Counted from the stretch's first letter, positions 1-11,825 are shown. The stretch is DNA of 64,000 bases from Spirochaetia bacterium (GCA_965208575.1 CBDBOV010000003.1:1-64000); one strand, 5' to 3'. Numbers and translations: made by a program. Notes: a model not told the origin generated them from the letters alone.

Positions 1-1572
<1,572 letters not shown>

Positions 1573-1581
1573 ACGAGGACC

Positions 1582-2499
1582 ATGGATCACTATCCCCACC
1601 CGACCTTCCCGGGAACCGAGCGCGTCAACCTGGACGACGTGCTACAGAAACTGCGGACGTTGCAGAAGGTGCTGTTCCGGCGCTTCGGCGCGGAGGCCGA
1701 GATTCAGGACCTGCCACGCGCGCTGTCCCACAAGACCGAAGTGCTGAATCGGCTCAAGCAGAACTACGTGGACCGGAACGACCTGTACAACCGGACTCGC
1801 GATCACATAGGCGAGTTGCGCCAGCGCGCCATCGACGCGGAACGGGAGCGCGAACGCTACGAAGGCCAGATGGACGCCATCCGCACCCAGCGCGAGTACG
1901 AGGCGCTCGACAAGGAGATCAACGACGCCAATCTGCGCGAGGCCGAGGTGCGCCGCGAGCTGCAGCGCGAAGAGTCGCGCCTCGACGAGATGACCGTGGC
2001 CCTGGAGCAGGAGGAGCAGCGCATCGCCAAGCAGGATCAGGAGGTGGCCGATGAACGGCAGCGCATCGACACCGAAATCGCCGAGCGCAAGATGATTCTG
2101 GAGGAGCTGGTGGCCGAGGAAGCCAGCATCACACCCGGTCTCGACGAGGAAATGCTGTTCAAGTTCGAGCGCATCATTCGCAACAAGGAGGGGCTGGGCA
2201 TCGTTGCGCTGCGAGCCGGCGTGTGCACCGGTTGCCAGATGATTCTGCCGCCGTTCTTCGCCAACCGCGTGCGCATCGGCGAGGAGATCATGTTCTGCCC
2301 CAACTGCAGCCGGATCGTGTTCTACGGTGGTGACGACGAATTTCAGTCCGATCCGTTCGATATCTCCACCGCCGAGTTCGACGACGAAGACTTGATGTTC
2401 GATGACGACGACGAGCCGGAGGAGATCGAGGCCGCCGTGGATGGGGCGGTGGGCGCGGACGCCGGTGCCGCGACCACCGGCAGCCACGAACAGGAATAG
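1582..2499 (+). CDS. Coiled-coil protein with C-terminal C4 zinc ribbon (DUF164/CdsZ-like) and acidic tail
   Basis: Long coiled coil with REYEALDKEI, then CTGC...CPNCSRI; GAGG RBS. Confidence 0.88.
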   Translation: MDHYPHPTFPGTERVNLDDVLQKLRTLQKVLFRRFGAEAEIQDLPRALSHKTEVLNRLKQNYVDRNDLYNRTRDHIGELRQRAIDAERERERYEGQMDAIRTQREYEALDKEINDANLREAEVRRELQREESRLDEMTVALEQEEQRIAKQDQEVADERQRIDTEIAERKMILEELVAEEASITPGLDEEMLFKFERIIRNKEGLGIVALRAGVCTGCQMILPPFFANRVRIGEEIMFCPNCSRIVFYGGDDEFQSDPFDISTAEFDDEDLMFDDDDEPEEIEAAVDGAVGADAGAATTGSHEQE

Positions 2500-2514
2500 C
2501 GGACGAACAGGAAT

Positions 2515-2987
2515 AGAGGCGGACCGGCGCATCGCCGCGTGCCGGCCCCGTGGGGACCGGCGGCGCGGAGGAAAGTCCGGGCTCCGCAAGGGCATGGCGC
2601 CGGGTAATTCCCGGGCCGCGGCGCATGGCGCGTCCGCGGACAGAGAGTGCCACAGAAAACATACTGCCGGCGGCGGCGCTGACGCGGCGTGTGCCGGTGA
2701 GGGTGAAAAGGTGGGGTAAGAGCCCACCGCGCCGCTGGCGACAGCGGCGGCACGGCAAACCTCGCCAGGAGCAAGGCCAAGCAGCAGGCGGACGGCCCGT
2801 CCAGGAGTTCGCTCCAGCCTGCGGGTAGGCTGCACGAGCCGTCCGGAAACGGCCGGCCCAGATAGATGATGCGCACCAGGGGGTGCCTTGGTGCCCGGGA
2901 GATGCAGAATGCCGAAAGGCATTCTGCGGTACCTTGGGGCGCCGCAGGCGCCCCAAGGTCCAGGACCCGGCTTACAGGTCCGCCTCT
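2515..2987 (+). ncRNA. rnpB: RNase P RNA, type A, with expanded P19 region
   Basis: GAGGAAAGTCCGGGCT, AGTGCCACAGAAA, GGGTGAAAAGGTGGGGTAAGAGCCCACC, GGCAAACC..GGAGCAAGGCC, AGATAGATGAT, ACCCGGCTTA; P1 pairing of AGAGGCGGACC (2515-2525) with GGTCCGCCTCT (2977-2987). Confidence 0.96.
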
Positions 2988-2995
2988 TTTTTTTT
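2977..2995 (+). terminator. Probable transcription end of rnpB (P1 3' strand followed by a T9 run)
   Basis: T9 tract at 2987-2995, overlapping and following the P1 helix. Confidence 0.45.
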
Positions 2996-3077
2996 GCCCC
3001 GGTATCGGTTACTGTGTCGCGGAGGCGTTGGGTTAGGGAGCGTGCGGCGTGGCTCGGTCCGGGGCAAGGGGTATCGC

Positions 3078-4019
3078 TTGCAGAACAAGTACCACTACGT
3101 TCGGCGGCGCCCCGTCTGGTTGAAGCTGCTGCCGATCCTGATTCTCGCATGCGGCGCCCTGATCACGATATTGTTTACTATGGGATTCCTGGACCGTGTC
3201 GACCCGGTACGCCTTACGCAGTTTCTCCGTCCGAGTCGGCAGCCTGCGCTGCGTGAACTGTCCAACGAGGGGCGCTACCCGGAGGTGCTCAATTGGAGCG
3301 CGGAAATTCTGGCCGACAAGCCGCTGGATTCAGAGGCCTGGCTGTTTCGCGGCATTGCCCACTTCTACCTGGCGCTGGCGGCGGATGACGCCGATGCCGG
3401 CGCCGGGCTGGACTCGGCGATCGCCGCGTTGCGGCGTGCGCGGCTGGACGAGGACCTGCGCTACGGGAGCGAATCGGCCTACCTGCTCGGCAAGGCGTAC
3501 TACCACAAGGGTGGGTTCTACTACGGCGTAGCGATCCGCCACCTCACCGAGGCGCTGCACGGCGGGCACGAGCCGCCCGACGTGCGCGAGTACCTGGGGA
3601 TGGCCTACGTGCGCCTGGGCGATCTCGATACCGGCATGGAGCACTTCGCCACCGCGCTGCAGCGGCAGCCGAACGCGCTCCTGTTTCTCTCGGTGGGACA
3701 GTTGCTGGCGCGCATGAACCGGCCGGATGACGCGCTGGAGCATTTTCGCGCAGCCGTGGATGCGGCGGCCGAGCAGGAAGTGGAGGTCCGTGCGCGACTG
3801 ATGCTCGGTAAGGTACTATTGGAGCATGGCCGGTACGGCGCGGCGCGGGATCAGTTTCAGCAGGTCCTGGAGATCGTGCCGGGATCGGCGGATGCGTTTG
3901 TGTTCCTCGGCGATGCCTACGCCGGATTGGGGGACATCGTTCAGGCACGCGCGCAGTGGCGGCGGGCGCGCAGCATGAATCGTCAGCATCATGGCGCCAA
4001 TCTGCGCCTGCGCGGATGA
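3078..4019 (+). CDS. Membrane-anchored tetratricopeptide repeat protein
   Basis: N-terminal TM segment, TPR motifs (AYLLGKAYY, YLGMAYVRLGD, FVFLGDAYAGLGD); start moved to TTG 3078 because the longer ORF overlaps rnpB. Confidence 0.85.
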   Translation: MQNKYHYVRRRPVWLKLLPILILACGALITILFTMGFLDRVDPVRLTQFLRPSRQPALRELSNEGRYPEVLNWSAEILADKPLDSEAWLFRGIAHFYLALAADDADAGAGLDSAIAALRRARLDEDLRYGSESAYLLGKAYYHKGGFYYGVAIRHLTEALHGGHEPPDVREYLGMAYVRLGDLDTGMEHFATALQRQPNALLFLSVGQLLARMNRPDDALEHFRAAVDAAAEQEVEVRARLMLGKVLLEHGRYGAARDQFQQVLEIVPGSADAFVFLGDAYAGLGDIVQARAQWRRARSMNRQHHGANLRLRG

Positions 4020-4124
4020 CGCGGTGGCACGGTCGCCCCGTGGCCCGGCAAACGATGCGCATCGCTGCACAAGCATCGTCGGTTGGCCGACAGTTCCGGG
4101 CCAGCCGCCGGCGAGGAGGCGAGC

Positions 4125-5150
4125 GTGAGCATATTTGGTAATTTTGCGATGGACATAGGGATAGATCTGGGGACGTGCAACACCCTGGTACACGTCAAGG
4201 GCAAGGGAATCGTGCTCTCGGAGCCGTCGGTGGTGGCGGTGGAGCGGAGTACCAAGAACGTCGTGGCGGTGGGCAAGGAAGCCAAGCGCATGCTGTGGAA
4301 GACGCCCGAGGACATCGCGGCCATCCGTCCGCTGCAGGACGGCGTGATCGCGGACCTGGAGCACACGGAAAAGATGATTCGCTACTTCATCAGTTCCGTG
4401 ACGCAGCGGCGCTGGCTGGTGAAGCCGCGCATGGTGATCGGCATTCCCACCAGCATCACCGAGGTGGAGCGGCGCGCGGTGCGGGAGAGCGCGGAGCAGG
4501 CCGGCGCGCGCGAGGTGTACCTGATCGAGGAGTCGATGGCCGCCGCGATCGGTGCCGACATCCCGTTCCTGGAGCCGGCCGGCCACATGGTGTGCGACAT
4601 CGGCGGCGGCACCACCGAGGTGTCGGTGATCTCGCTCGGCGGCATGGTGGTATCGAGCGCAATCCGGATCGGCGGCGACGAGTTCGACGACGCCATCATC
4701 AAGCACGTGCGCACGGTGCACAACCTGATCATCGGCAACGAGACCGCCGAAAAGGTCAAGATCACCATCGGCAACGCAGCGCCCGACAAGAAGATCGAAA
4801 AGATGGAGATCATGGGCCGCGACGCGATTACCGGACTGCCGCGCCGCCTGGAAGTGGACTCCGTGGAGATACGCGAGTCGCTGACCGAGATCACCAATTC
4901 GGTGGTGGAGGAGATCAAGCGCAACCTCGCCAAGACGCCGCCCGAGTTGGCCGCCGACATTATCGAGCGCGGCATTACGATGACCGGCGGCGGCTCGCTG
5001 CTGAAGGGATTGCCCAACCTGATCCACCAGGAGACCGGCGTGCCGGTTTCGGTGGCCGAAAACCCGCTGCTGTGCGTCGCGCTCGGCGCCGGGCGCTTCC
5101 TGGAAAGCATGCGCGACCGGGACCGCAAGTACTTCAACTACCGCAACTGA
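4125..5150 (+). CDS. mreB: Rod shape-determining protein MreB
   Basis: [31 protein letters not shown]; GAGGAGG RBS before GTG. Confidence 0.97.
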   Translation: MSIFGNFAMDIGIDLGTCNTLVHVKGKGIVLSEPSVVAVERSTKNVVAVGKEAKRMLWKTPEDIAAIRPLQDGVIADLEHTEKMIRYFISSVTQRRWLVKPRMVIGIPTSITEVERRAVRESAEQAGAREVYLIEESMAAAIGADIPFLEPAGHMVCDIGGGTTEVSVISLGGMVVSSAIRIGGDEFDDAIIKHVRTVHNLIIGNETAEKVKITIGNAAPDKKIEKMEIMGRDAITGLPRRLEVDSVEIRESLTEITNSVVEEIKRNLAKTPPELAADIIERGITMTGGGSLLKGLPNLIHQETGVPVSVAENPLLCVALGAGRFLESMRDRDRKYFNYRN

Positions 5151-5156
5151 CCTGCG

Positions 5157-6023
5157 GTGGAAGCAAACGGGAGTCGGCGGGCGGTCAACTCCTTCGTATC
5201 GAGCCACCGCGCCGGGGTCGTCCTGGTGGTCCTGCTGGCGCTGGGCACGGTGATGATGATCCTGTCCCATCGCCCGGTGGCGGCCGCGTCGGAGCGGATG
5301 GGACGCAGCGTGTTCTCGTCGCTTCAGTTGGCCATGCACGAGGTGGCCGCCTTCTTCGGCGGTTCCTGGAACACCATTGCGGAGTTGCGCCGGATGCGGG
5401 TGGCGCTGGAGGCGGCACGGCAGCGTCTGCTGGAGTTGGAGCAGTTGTCCAGCGACATCGACGAACTGGAGCGGCAGAACGCCGAGTTGAGGAGCCAGCT
5501 CGGATTCGCCGCGCCCGCCACCTTCCGCCACGTGCCCGCCGAGGTGATGGCGCGCGCGCCCGGCAACCAGTTTACCAACCTGACCATCAACCGCGGGACC
5601 GGCGACGGCGTGCGCGCCCACATGGTGGTAGTGGCGCTGCAGGACGGCGTGCAGGGGCTGGTGGGACGGGTGATCGAGGTGGACGAGCGCAGCGCGCTGG
5701 TGCAGCCGATCAGCGCGCGGGCATCGTTCGTCGCCGGCCGCCTGCGCGACATCCGCTATGACGGCCTGGTGCAGGGACTCGGGTCGGGATCCAACACCCT
5801 GCTCATGCGCCACGTGAACAGTGCCGCCGGCGACCTGATCGCGGCGGGAGAGCAGGTCATTACCTCGGGGCTGGGCGGAGTGTTCCCGGCCGGAATACTG
5901 GTCGGCGAGGTGCGCGAGGTGCGCACCGAGACCCACGGCAATGCGCTCGACATCGAGCTGAACCCGGCAATCGACGTGGCGCGGCTGGAGTACCTGTTCG
6001 TGATCATTCCGCGGGAGGGCTAG
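5157..6023 (+). CDS. mreC: Rod shape-determining protein MreC
   Basis: TM segment, coiled coil, INRGTGDGV, GLVGRV, VITSGLGGVFPAGILVG. Confidence 0.93.
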   Translation: MEANGSRRAVNSFVSSHRAGVVLVVLLALGTVMMILSHRPVAAASERMGRSVFSSLQLAMHEVAAFFGGSWNTIAELRRMRVALEAARQRLLELEQLSSDIDELERQNAELRSQLGFAAPATFRHVPAEVMARAPGNQFTNLTINRGTGDGVRAHMVVVALQDGVQGLVGRVIEVDERSALVQPISARASFVAGRLRDIRYDGLVQGLGSGSNTLLMRHVNSAAGDLIAAGEQVITSGLGGVFPAGILVGEVREVRTETHGNALDIELNPAIDVARLEYLFVIIPREG

Positions 6024-6551
6024 TTGGCCGGCAGCTCGGCGGTTGATCATCGTCCGATCATTCTGACCATCCTGCTGCTTGGCGCCGCGGTGCTGCTGCA
6101 GACCACGGTATTGGAGTTCGTGGCGGTGTTCGGGGTGAAGCCCGACCTGCAATTGATCCTGGTGGTGTTTCTGGCACTGCGCCGCGGGTCGATGAGTGGG
6201 CAGATCGCCGGCTTCGTGGGCGGCCTGCTGGAAGACGTGGTGACCCTTTCGCCGCTCGGCTTCCACGCCATCGTGAAGGCCCTGGTGGGGTTCTGTGCCG
6301 GCCTGCCGTACGGGCTGATCCGGGCCAGCGCGCTGGTGGTGCCGGTGCTGCTGGTGACCGGCGCGGCGCTGATCAAGGGCGTGGCCAGCGGCTTGCTGTC
6401 GCTGGCGTTCCAGATTCCGCTCGACGCCCACCTGCTGGAGGAGCGGTTCTGGATCGAGTCGGCCTACAACGTCGCCCTGTCGCCGCTGCTGTTCGCGCTG
6501 TTGAGCCAGGTGCGGCTGTTGCGCACCACCAGTCCCCGGTCGACGCCATGA
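6024..6551 (+). CDS. mreD: Rod shape-determining protein MreD
   Basis: Hydrophobic, KPDLQLILVVF, GFVGGLLED; located between mreC and mrdA. Confidence 0.92.
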   Translation: MAGSSAVDHRPIILTILLLGAAVLLQTTVLEFVAVFGVKPDLQLILVVFLALRRGSMSGQIAGFVGGLLEDVVTLSPLGFHAIVKALVGFCAGLPYGLIRASALVVPVLLVTGAALIKGVASGLLSLAFQIPLDAHLLEERFWIESAYNVALSPLLFALLSQVRLLRTTSPRSTP

Positions 6552-8494
6552 GCGATATCGAGCACCGGGTCATGCTCAAGCGGCGCGCCATCGGCTTTGC
6601 CGCCGGCATCGGGGCCGCGCTGCTGCTGGTCGGCGGCTACCTGTTCTTCCTGCAGGTGATCCGCGGCGTCGAGTTCCGCACCCGCGCCAGCAGCGTGGCG
6701 CGCCGCGAAATTCCGATCCACGCCCAGCGCGGCAAGATTTTCGACCGCACCTACAGCCAGGTGCTGGTGACCAACCGGCCGGCGTTCTCGGTGGACCTGG
6801 TGCCCGGCGAGGTGCCGGCCGGCATGCTGCCCGACCTGCTTGAACGGCTCGCCGCCAACCTGGGAGTGGAGCCGCACCGGTTGGCGGAGCGGGTACCGCG
6901 CCACATGCGCCACCTGTTCCGCTCCGTCGAGCTGAAGCGCAACGTGGACTTCGCCACCATCGCCACGCTGGCGGAACAGATCGACGCGTTTCCCGGCGTC
7001 GCCTGGCACAGCGAGCCGGCGCGCGATTACGGCGCAATCGGTTCGCTCGCGCACGTCACCGGCTACGTGGGCGACGTGACCCGCGAAGAACTGCAGGTGC
7101 TGTTCAACGAGGGCTACACGGCGGGCGACGTGGTGGGCAAGAGCGGTGTCGAGAAGCGCTACGAGTCGGTGCTGCGCGGGAGCGACGGCGTCGGACACCG
7201 CACCGTGGACGTGCACGAGCGCGCGGTTACCGACGTGTGGCAGACCGCGGTGGCGCCGCGGCCCGGCTCCGACATCGTGCTGACCATCGACGCGCGCCTG
7301 CAGCGCGCGGCGGAGGTGGCGCTCGGCCCGCGCATCGGGTCGGTCGTGGTGTTGCGGCCCACCACCGGCGAGATTCTCGCCATGGCGTCCTACCCGTGGT
7401 TCGATCCGCAGAGCTTCATCGGCGACGGCGGTCCGGCGGCGTTCAGTGCGGCGGCTTCCGATCCCGCGTTTCCATTCGTCAATCGCGCCATCCGCGCCGC
7501 CTACGCGCCGGCGAGCGTGTTCAAGATCCTGATGATGACGGCGCTGCTCGAGGAACGCACCTACTCGCCGTTTCGCTCGGTGATGTGCCGCGGCCGGTTC
7601 GCCTTCGGCGACCGGATTTTCAAGGACTGGGTGAAGGAGGGGCACGGCCGCATCGACATGGATGACGCGCTCGCGCAGTCCTGCGACATCTACTTCTACC
7701 AGGCCGGGCTCGCGCTCGGCATCGGCAACATAGCGGACTACTCGCTGGCGTTCGGCCTCGGTGCGGCGACCGGAATCGACCTGCCGGGGGAGACGGCGGG
7801 ATCGGTGCCGACGCCGGCGTGGAAGCTGCGCGAACGCGGCACCTCGTGGGTGGGCGGCGACACGGTAAACCTGTCGATCGGCCAGGGCTACATCACCGTA
7901 ACCCCGCTGCAGGTCGCCAACCTGATCGCCATGGTGGTGAACAACGGCGAAGTCTACCGCCCGCACGTGGTCAAGGAGATCCGTGACGGTGAAACCGGCG
8001 AGATTCTGGAGCACACCGAGCGCGAGCTGCTGCACCGCGCCGAGATCAGCGACGCGACGTTCTCCGCCGTGCGCGACGCCATGCGGCTGGTGATAACGGA
8101 TGGCACCGCGAAGCCGGTCATTACCACCGACGCGGTGGCGGTGGCCGGCAAGACCGGCACCGGCGAGGTGGGGCTGGAGGACCAATGGCACTCCTGGTTC
8201 GCCGCCTACGGGCCGTACGGCGCCGCCGACCCCGAAGACCGGATCGTGGTGGTGGTGATGGTGGAGGCGGTGAACGTGTGGGAGTGGTGGGCCGCCAAGG
8301 CGGCGAACCTGATCTTTCACGCCGCGTTCTCGGGCCAGACGGTGGCGGAAGCGGTGGATTACCTGAAGCCGTGGTACGGCGATGCGGTGTTCAATCCGCT
8401 GCGCCATGAGGAGGAGGAGGAAGAGTCCGCCGAAGAAGGCGGCGGGCAGCCCACCGGCGAGGGCGATGGCGAAGGCGAGGGGGAGCCGGCATGA
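6548..8494 (+). CDS. mrdA: Penicillin-binding protein 2
   Basis: RGKIFDR, SxxK (ASVFK), KTGT; the SxN motif reads SCD. Confidence 0.95.
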   Translation: MSDIEHRVMLKRRAIGFAAGIGAALLLVGGYLFFLQVIRGVEFRTRASSVARREIPIHAQRGKIFDRTYSQVLVTNRPAFSVDLVPGEVPAGMLPDLLERLAANLGVEPHRLAERVPRHMRHLFRSVELKRNVDFATIATLAEQIDAFPGVAWHSEPARDYGAIGSLAHVTGYVGDVTREELQVLFNEGYTAGDVVGKSGVEKRYESVLRGSDGVGHRTVDVHERAVTDVWQTAVAPRPGSDIVLTIDARLQRAAEVALGPRIGSVVVLRPTTGEILAMASYPWFDPQSFIGDGGPAAFSAAASDPAFPFVNRAIRAAYAPASVFKILMMTALLEERTYSPFRSVMCRGRFAFGDRIFKDWVKEGHGRIDMDDALAQSCDIYFYQAGLALGIGNIADYSLAFGLGAATGIDLPGETAGSVPTPAWKLRERGTSWVGGDTVNLSIGQGYITVTPLQVANLIAMVVNNGEVYRPHVVKEIRDGETGEILEHTERELLHRAEISDATFSAVRDAMRLVITDGTAKPVITTDAVAVAGKTGTGEVGLEDQWHSWFAAYGPYGAADPEDRIVVVVMVEAVNVWEWWAAKAANLIFHAAFSGQTVAEAVDYLKPWYGDAVFNPLRHEEEEEESAEEGGGQPTGEGDGEGEGEPA

Positions 8495-9924
8495 GAGCGG
8501 CCACGGGCACCGCCAAGCGCGGTGGCGGCGCCGGCATCCTGGGGTCGGGCTTCAGCGCCCTGCGCGCGGTCGACCCCATCCTGCTGCTGCCCAGCCTGGC
8601 GCTGGTGGGTACCGGCATTCTGTTCGTGTACTCCAGCGGGGTGAACTCGGCCGGGGTGTCGGTCTCCAACGAATGGATCAAGCAGATCGTGTGGGCGTCC
8701 AGCGGCCTGGTGCTGATGGTGGCGTTCGCGGTTACCAATCACCAGCGCTACAAGGCGCGCACCCCGTATATCTTCCTGGCCGCCCTGGCGCTGCTGGTGG
8801 TCACGCTGATGTTCGGGCGCCAGGTGAACGGCGCGCGTTCCTGGCTGGGCATCGGCGACCTGGGCATCCAGCCGTCCGAGTTCGTCAAGATCGCGACCAT
8901 CCTGTTCCTGGCCGCCTACCTGTCGGAGATAGGCAACGGCGTCGCGGAACTGCCGCGCTTCCTGCTCGGGCTGCTGGTGGTGGTGGCGCCGGTGGGGCTG
9001 ATCGTGCTGCAGCCCGACATGGGCACGGCGCTGATCTACTGTCCGATCTTTCTCACCATGGCGCTGATGGCCGGGGCGCGCATCCGCCACCTGCTGTTCG
9101 TGACGCTGCTGGGCTTCCTGACGCTGGTGCTCGCGGCCATCCCGGCGATGCAGGCCCTGCTCGCCACCGGCGAGCCGGGCGTGTGGCGGCTGGTGACCGA
9201 CCCCGACGTGGCGCGCTACTCGCTGGCGGTGCTGGCGGTGGTGGCGGTGCTGGCGGCGGTCGGCCAGCGGCGCTACCGGCGCGGTTACTACTACTGGATC
9301 CTGTACGGGGCGGCGCTGCTCGGCCTGGCGGTGGCCGGCGGCCTGGCGATGTCGATGGTGCTCAAGGAGTACCAGATCATGCGGCTGGTCATCTTCGTGA
9401 ACCCGTGGGTGGATCCGCGCGGGGCGGGCTGGAACATTATCCAGTCGGTCACCGCGGTCGGCGCCGGCGGGTTGTCCGGCACCGGCTTCCTGCAGGGCAC
9501 GCAGAGCCACCTGCGCTACCTGCCGCAGCAGAGCACCGACTTCATCTTCTCGATCCTTGCCGAGGAGTCGGGCTTTCTCGGTGGCGTTCTGGTGCTGCTG
9601 CTGTTTGCGGTGATGCTGGCGCGCGGCCTGGTGATCATGTACGCCGCGCGCGACCCGTTCGCCACCCTGATCGCGGCCGGAGTGGTGGCGATGATCCTGT
9701 TCCATGCGCTGGTGAACATCGGCATGGCGATGGGGGTGCTGCCGATAACCGGCATCCCGCTGATGCTGGTGTCGTACGGCGGATCGTCGCTGTGGACCGC
9801 GATGATCGGCATCGGACTGCTGATGAACGTCGGCATTGCCCGCGCCCGGGGACGGCGTTCGCCCGGCTGGTTCCCGGGCCGCGCGCTGCGCGACGCCAAG
9901 CGGCTCACCCGCCGCAAGGCATAG
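8491..9924 (+). CDS. rodA: SEDS peptidoglycan glycosyltransferase RodA
   Basis: GARSW, IQPSEFVK, QPDMGT, TDFIFS, PITGIPL..SYGGSSL; ATGA overlap with mrdA. Confidence 0.95.
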   Translation: MRAATGTAKRGGGAGILGSGFSALRAVDPILLLPSLALVGTGILFVYSSGVNSAGVSVSNEWIKQIVWASSGLVLMVAFAVTNHQRYKARTPYIFLAALALLVVTLMFGRQVNGARSWLGIGDLGIQPSEFVKIATILFLAAYLSEIGNGVAELPRFLLGLLVVVAPVGLIVLQPDMGTALIYCPIFLTMALMAGARIRHLLFVTLLGFLTLVLAAIPAMQALLATGEPGVWRLVTDPDVARYSLAVLAVVAVLAAVGQRRYRRGYYYWILYGAALLGLAVAGGLAMSMVLKEYQIMRLVIFVNPWVDPRGAGWNIIQSVTAVGAGGLSGTGFLQGTQSHLRYLPQQSTDFIFSILAEESGFLGGVLVLLLFAVMLARGLVIMYAARDPFATLIAAGVVAMILFHALVNIGMAMGVLPITGIPLMLVSYGGSSLWTAMIGIGLLMNVGIARARGRRSPGWFPGRALRDAKRLTRRKA

Positions 9925-9933
9925 AACCCGCCG

Positions 9934-9986
9934 TACTCCACGAAACGGTCGAGCTACTCGACGAAACGGTGGAGTTACTCCACCGT
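9934..9986. repeat. Imperfect 21-bp tandem repeat (about 2.4 units) of palindromes between convergent rodA and glmS
   Basis: TACTCCACGAAACGGTCGAGC / TACTCGACGAAACGGTGGAGT / TACTCCAC. Confidence 0.8.
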
Positions 9987-11825
9987 CACGCTCTTGGCGA
10001 GGTTGCGGGGGCGGTCGACGTTGTGGCCGCGCGCCAGCGCCGCGTAGTAGGCCAAGAGCTGCAGCGGAATGCTGGTGACCAGCGGCGACAGCAGCGGGTG
10101 GGTCTTGGGCACGTAGATGATGGCGTCGGCCAGTTCCGCCAGGTGGCGGTCGCCCTCGGTGGCGATGGCGATAATGCTGCCGTCGCGTCCCTTCACTTCT
10201 TCTATGTTGGCCACCACCTTGTCGTAGGTGTGATCGTGCGGCGCCACCACCACGACCGGCATGCCGCGGTCGATCAGGGCAATCGGCCCGTGCTTCATCT
10301 CCGCGGCCGGCAGCCCCTCGGCGTGGATGTAGCTGATCTCCTTCAGCTTGAGCGCGCCCTCCAGGGCCACCGGATAGTTGACGCCGCGGCCCAGGTAGAG
10401 CCAGTTGTGGCGCTCGACGTAGCGTTCGGTGAGGTCGCGGATGGCGTCCGCCATGGCCAGCACGCGCTCGATCTTGGCCGGTATCGCGTCGAGCTGGGCG
10501 AGCAGGTCGGCGGTGCGCTCGGCGGACAGGTGGCGGCGGCGGCCCATGTTGATCGCCAGCAGGGCCAGCACGGCCACCTGGCCGGTGAACGCCTTGGTGC
10601 TGGCCACGCCGATCTCCGGGCCGACGTGCAGGTACACGCCGGCGTCGGTGTCGCGCGCAATCGTGGACCCCACCACGTTGACGATGCCGAGGGCGGTGGC
10701 GCCCTTGAGTTGCAGCTCGCGCAGGGCGGCCACCGTGTCGGCGGTCTCGCCCGACTGGCTGAGCACGATGCCGAGCGTGTTGCGCGGAATGACCGGGTTG
10801 CGGTAGCGCAACTCGCTGGCATACTCCACCTCGGTCGGCACGCGCGCCAGCTCCTCGAACAGGTACTCGCCGATCAGGCCGGCGTGCCAGGCGGTGCCGC
10901 AACCGGTAAGGATGACGCGCTGGTAGCGGGCCAGCTCGCGTTCGCGGTCGGCCAGTCCGCCCAGCACCACCTTGCCCTCGGCCAGGTCGACGCGCCCGCG
11001 CAGCGTGTTGCGCAGCGCCGCGGGCTGCTCGTGTATCTCCTTGCTCATGTGGTGGCGGTGCCCGTCGAGCTCGATCTCCTGCAGCCGCACCTCGAGGGTG
11101 CTGACGTGCTTGCTCAGCGGTATGTCGTCGATGGTGGAGGCGCGCAGGCCGTCGCGGGTCAGCAGCGCGACTTCATTGTCGTCCAGGTAGACCACCTGGC
11201 GCGTGTGCTCGATCACCGCGGCGCCGTCGGAGGCCACCACGTGCTCGCTGTCGCCGACGCCGACCAGCACCGGGCTGCCACGGCGGGCGGCGATGATCTG
11301 GTCCGGATGGTCGCGGCTCAACACCAGCAGGCCGAAGGTACCGCGCACGTCGTGCAGCGCGCGCCGCACGGATGCGAGCAGGTTGCCCGACTCGCCGTTG
11401 CCGCCGTCGTGGTACAGGAAACCGATAAGCTGCGCGAGCGCCTCGGTGTCGGTATCGCTGGCCGGCTCAATGCCCTGCTCGGTGAGGAAGGCCCGGATCG
11501 AGCGGTAGTTCTCGATAATGCCGTTGTGCACCACGGCGATGGTGCCGCCGGCGTCGAGGTGTGGATGAGCGTTGCGCTCCGTGGGAGCGCCGTGCGTCGC
11601 CCACCGGGTGTGCGCGATGCCGGTAGTGCCGGGGGCGCCGTCGGTGGCCACCTTGCGCGCCAGGTTGTCGACCTCGCCCACCGCGCGATGCCGGTGCAGC
11701 ACGCGGTCGCCGTCGAGGGTAGCTATTCCCGCCGAGTCATAACCCCGGTATTCCAGGCGCCGCAGCCCGGTTACCAGCAGCTCCGCCGCCGGACGCGGCC
11801 CGACGTATCCCACGATCCCGCACAT
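9975..11825 (-). CDS. glmS: Glutamine--fructose-6-phosphate aminotransferase
   Basis: MCGIVG, LEYRGYDSAG, HTRWATHG, SQSGETADT, PRNLAKSVTVE. Confidence 0.98.
   Translation of the reverse strand: MCGIVGYVGPRPAAELLVTGLRRLEYRGYDSAGIATLDGDRVLHRHRAVGEVDNLARKVATDGAPGTTGIAHTRWATHGAPTERNAHPHLDAGGTIAVVHNGIIENYRSIRAFLTEQGIEPASDTDTEALAQLIGFLYHDGGNGESGNLLASVRRALHDVRGTFGLLVLSRDHPDQIIAARRGSPVLVGVGDSEHVVASDGAAVIEHTRQVVYLDDNEVALLTRDGLRASTIDDIPLSKHVSTLEVRLQEIELDGHRHHMSKEIHEQPAALRNTLRGRVDLAEGKVVLGGLADRERELARYQRVILTGCGTAWHAGLIGEYLFEELARVPTEVEYASELRYRNPVIPRNTLGIVLSQSGETADTVAALRELQLKGATALGIVNVVGSTIARDTDAGVYLHVGPEIGVASTKAFTGQVAVLALLAINMGRRRHLSAERTADLLAQLDAIPAKIERVLAMADAIRDLTERYVERHNWLYLGRGVNYPVALEGALKLKEISYIHAEGLPAAEMKHGPIALIDRGMPVVVVAPHDHTYDKVVANIEEVKGRDGSIIAIATEGDRHLAELADAIIYVPKTHPLLSPLVTSIPLQLLAYYAALARGHNVDRPRNLAKSVTVE

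Noticed and set aside
2883-3077. N-terminal extension of the TPR ORF, and ORFs spanning 2288-3150
   Set aside because: They overlap rnpB and its T-tract; a better start with an RBS exists at 3078.
9934-9986. CRISPR array or Tn7 end
   Set aside because: Only about 2.4 abutting units with no spacers, no cas or tns genes, and no TGT...ACA ends.
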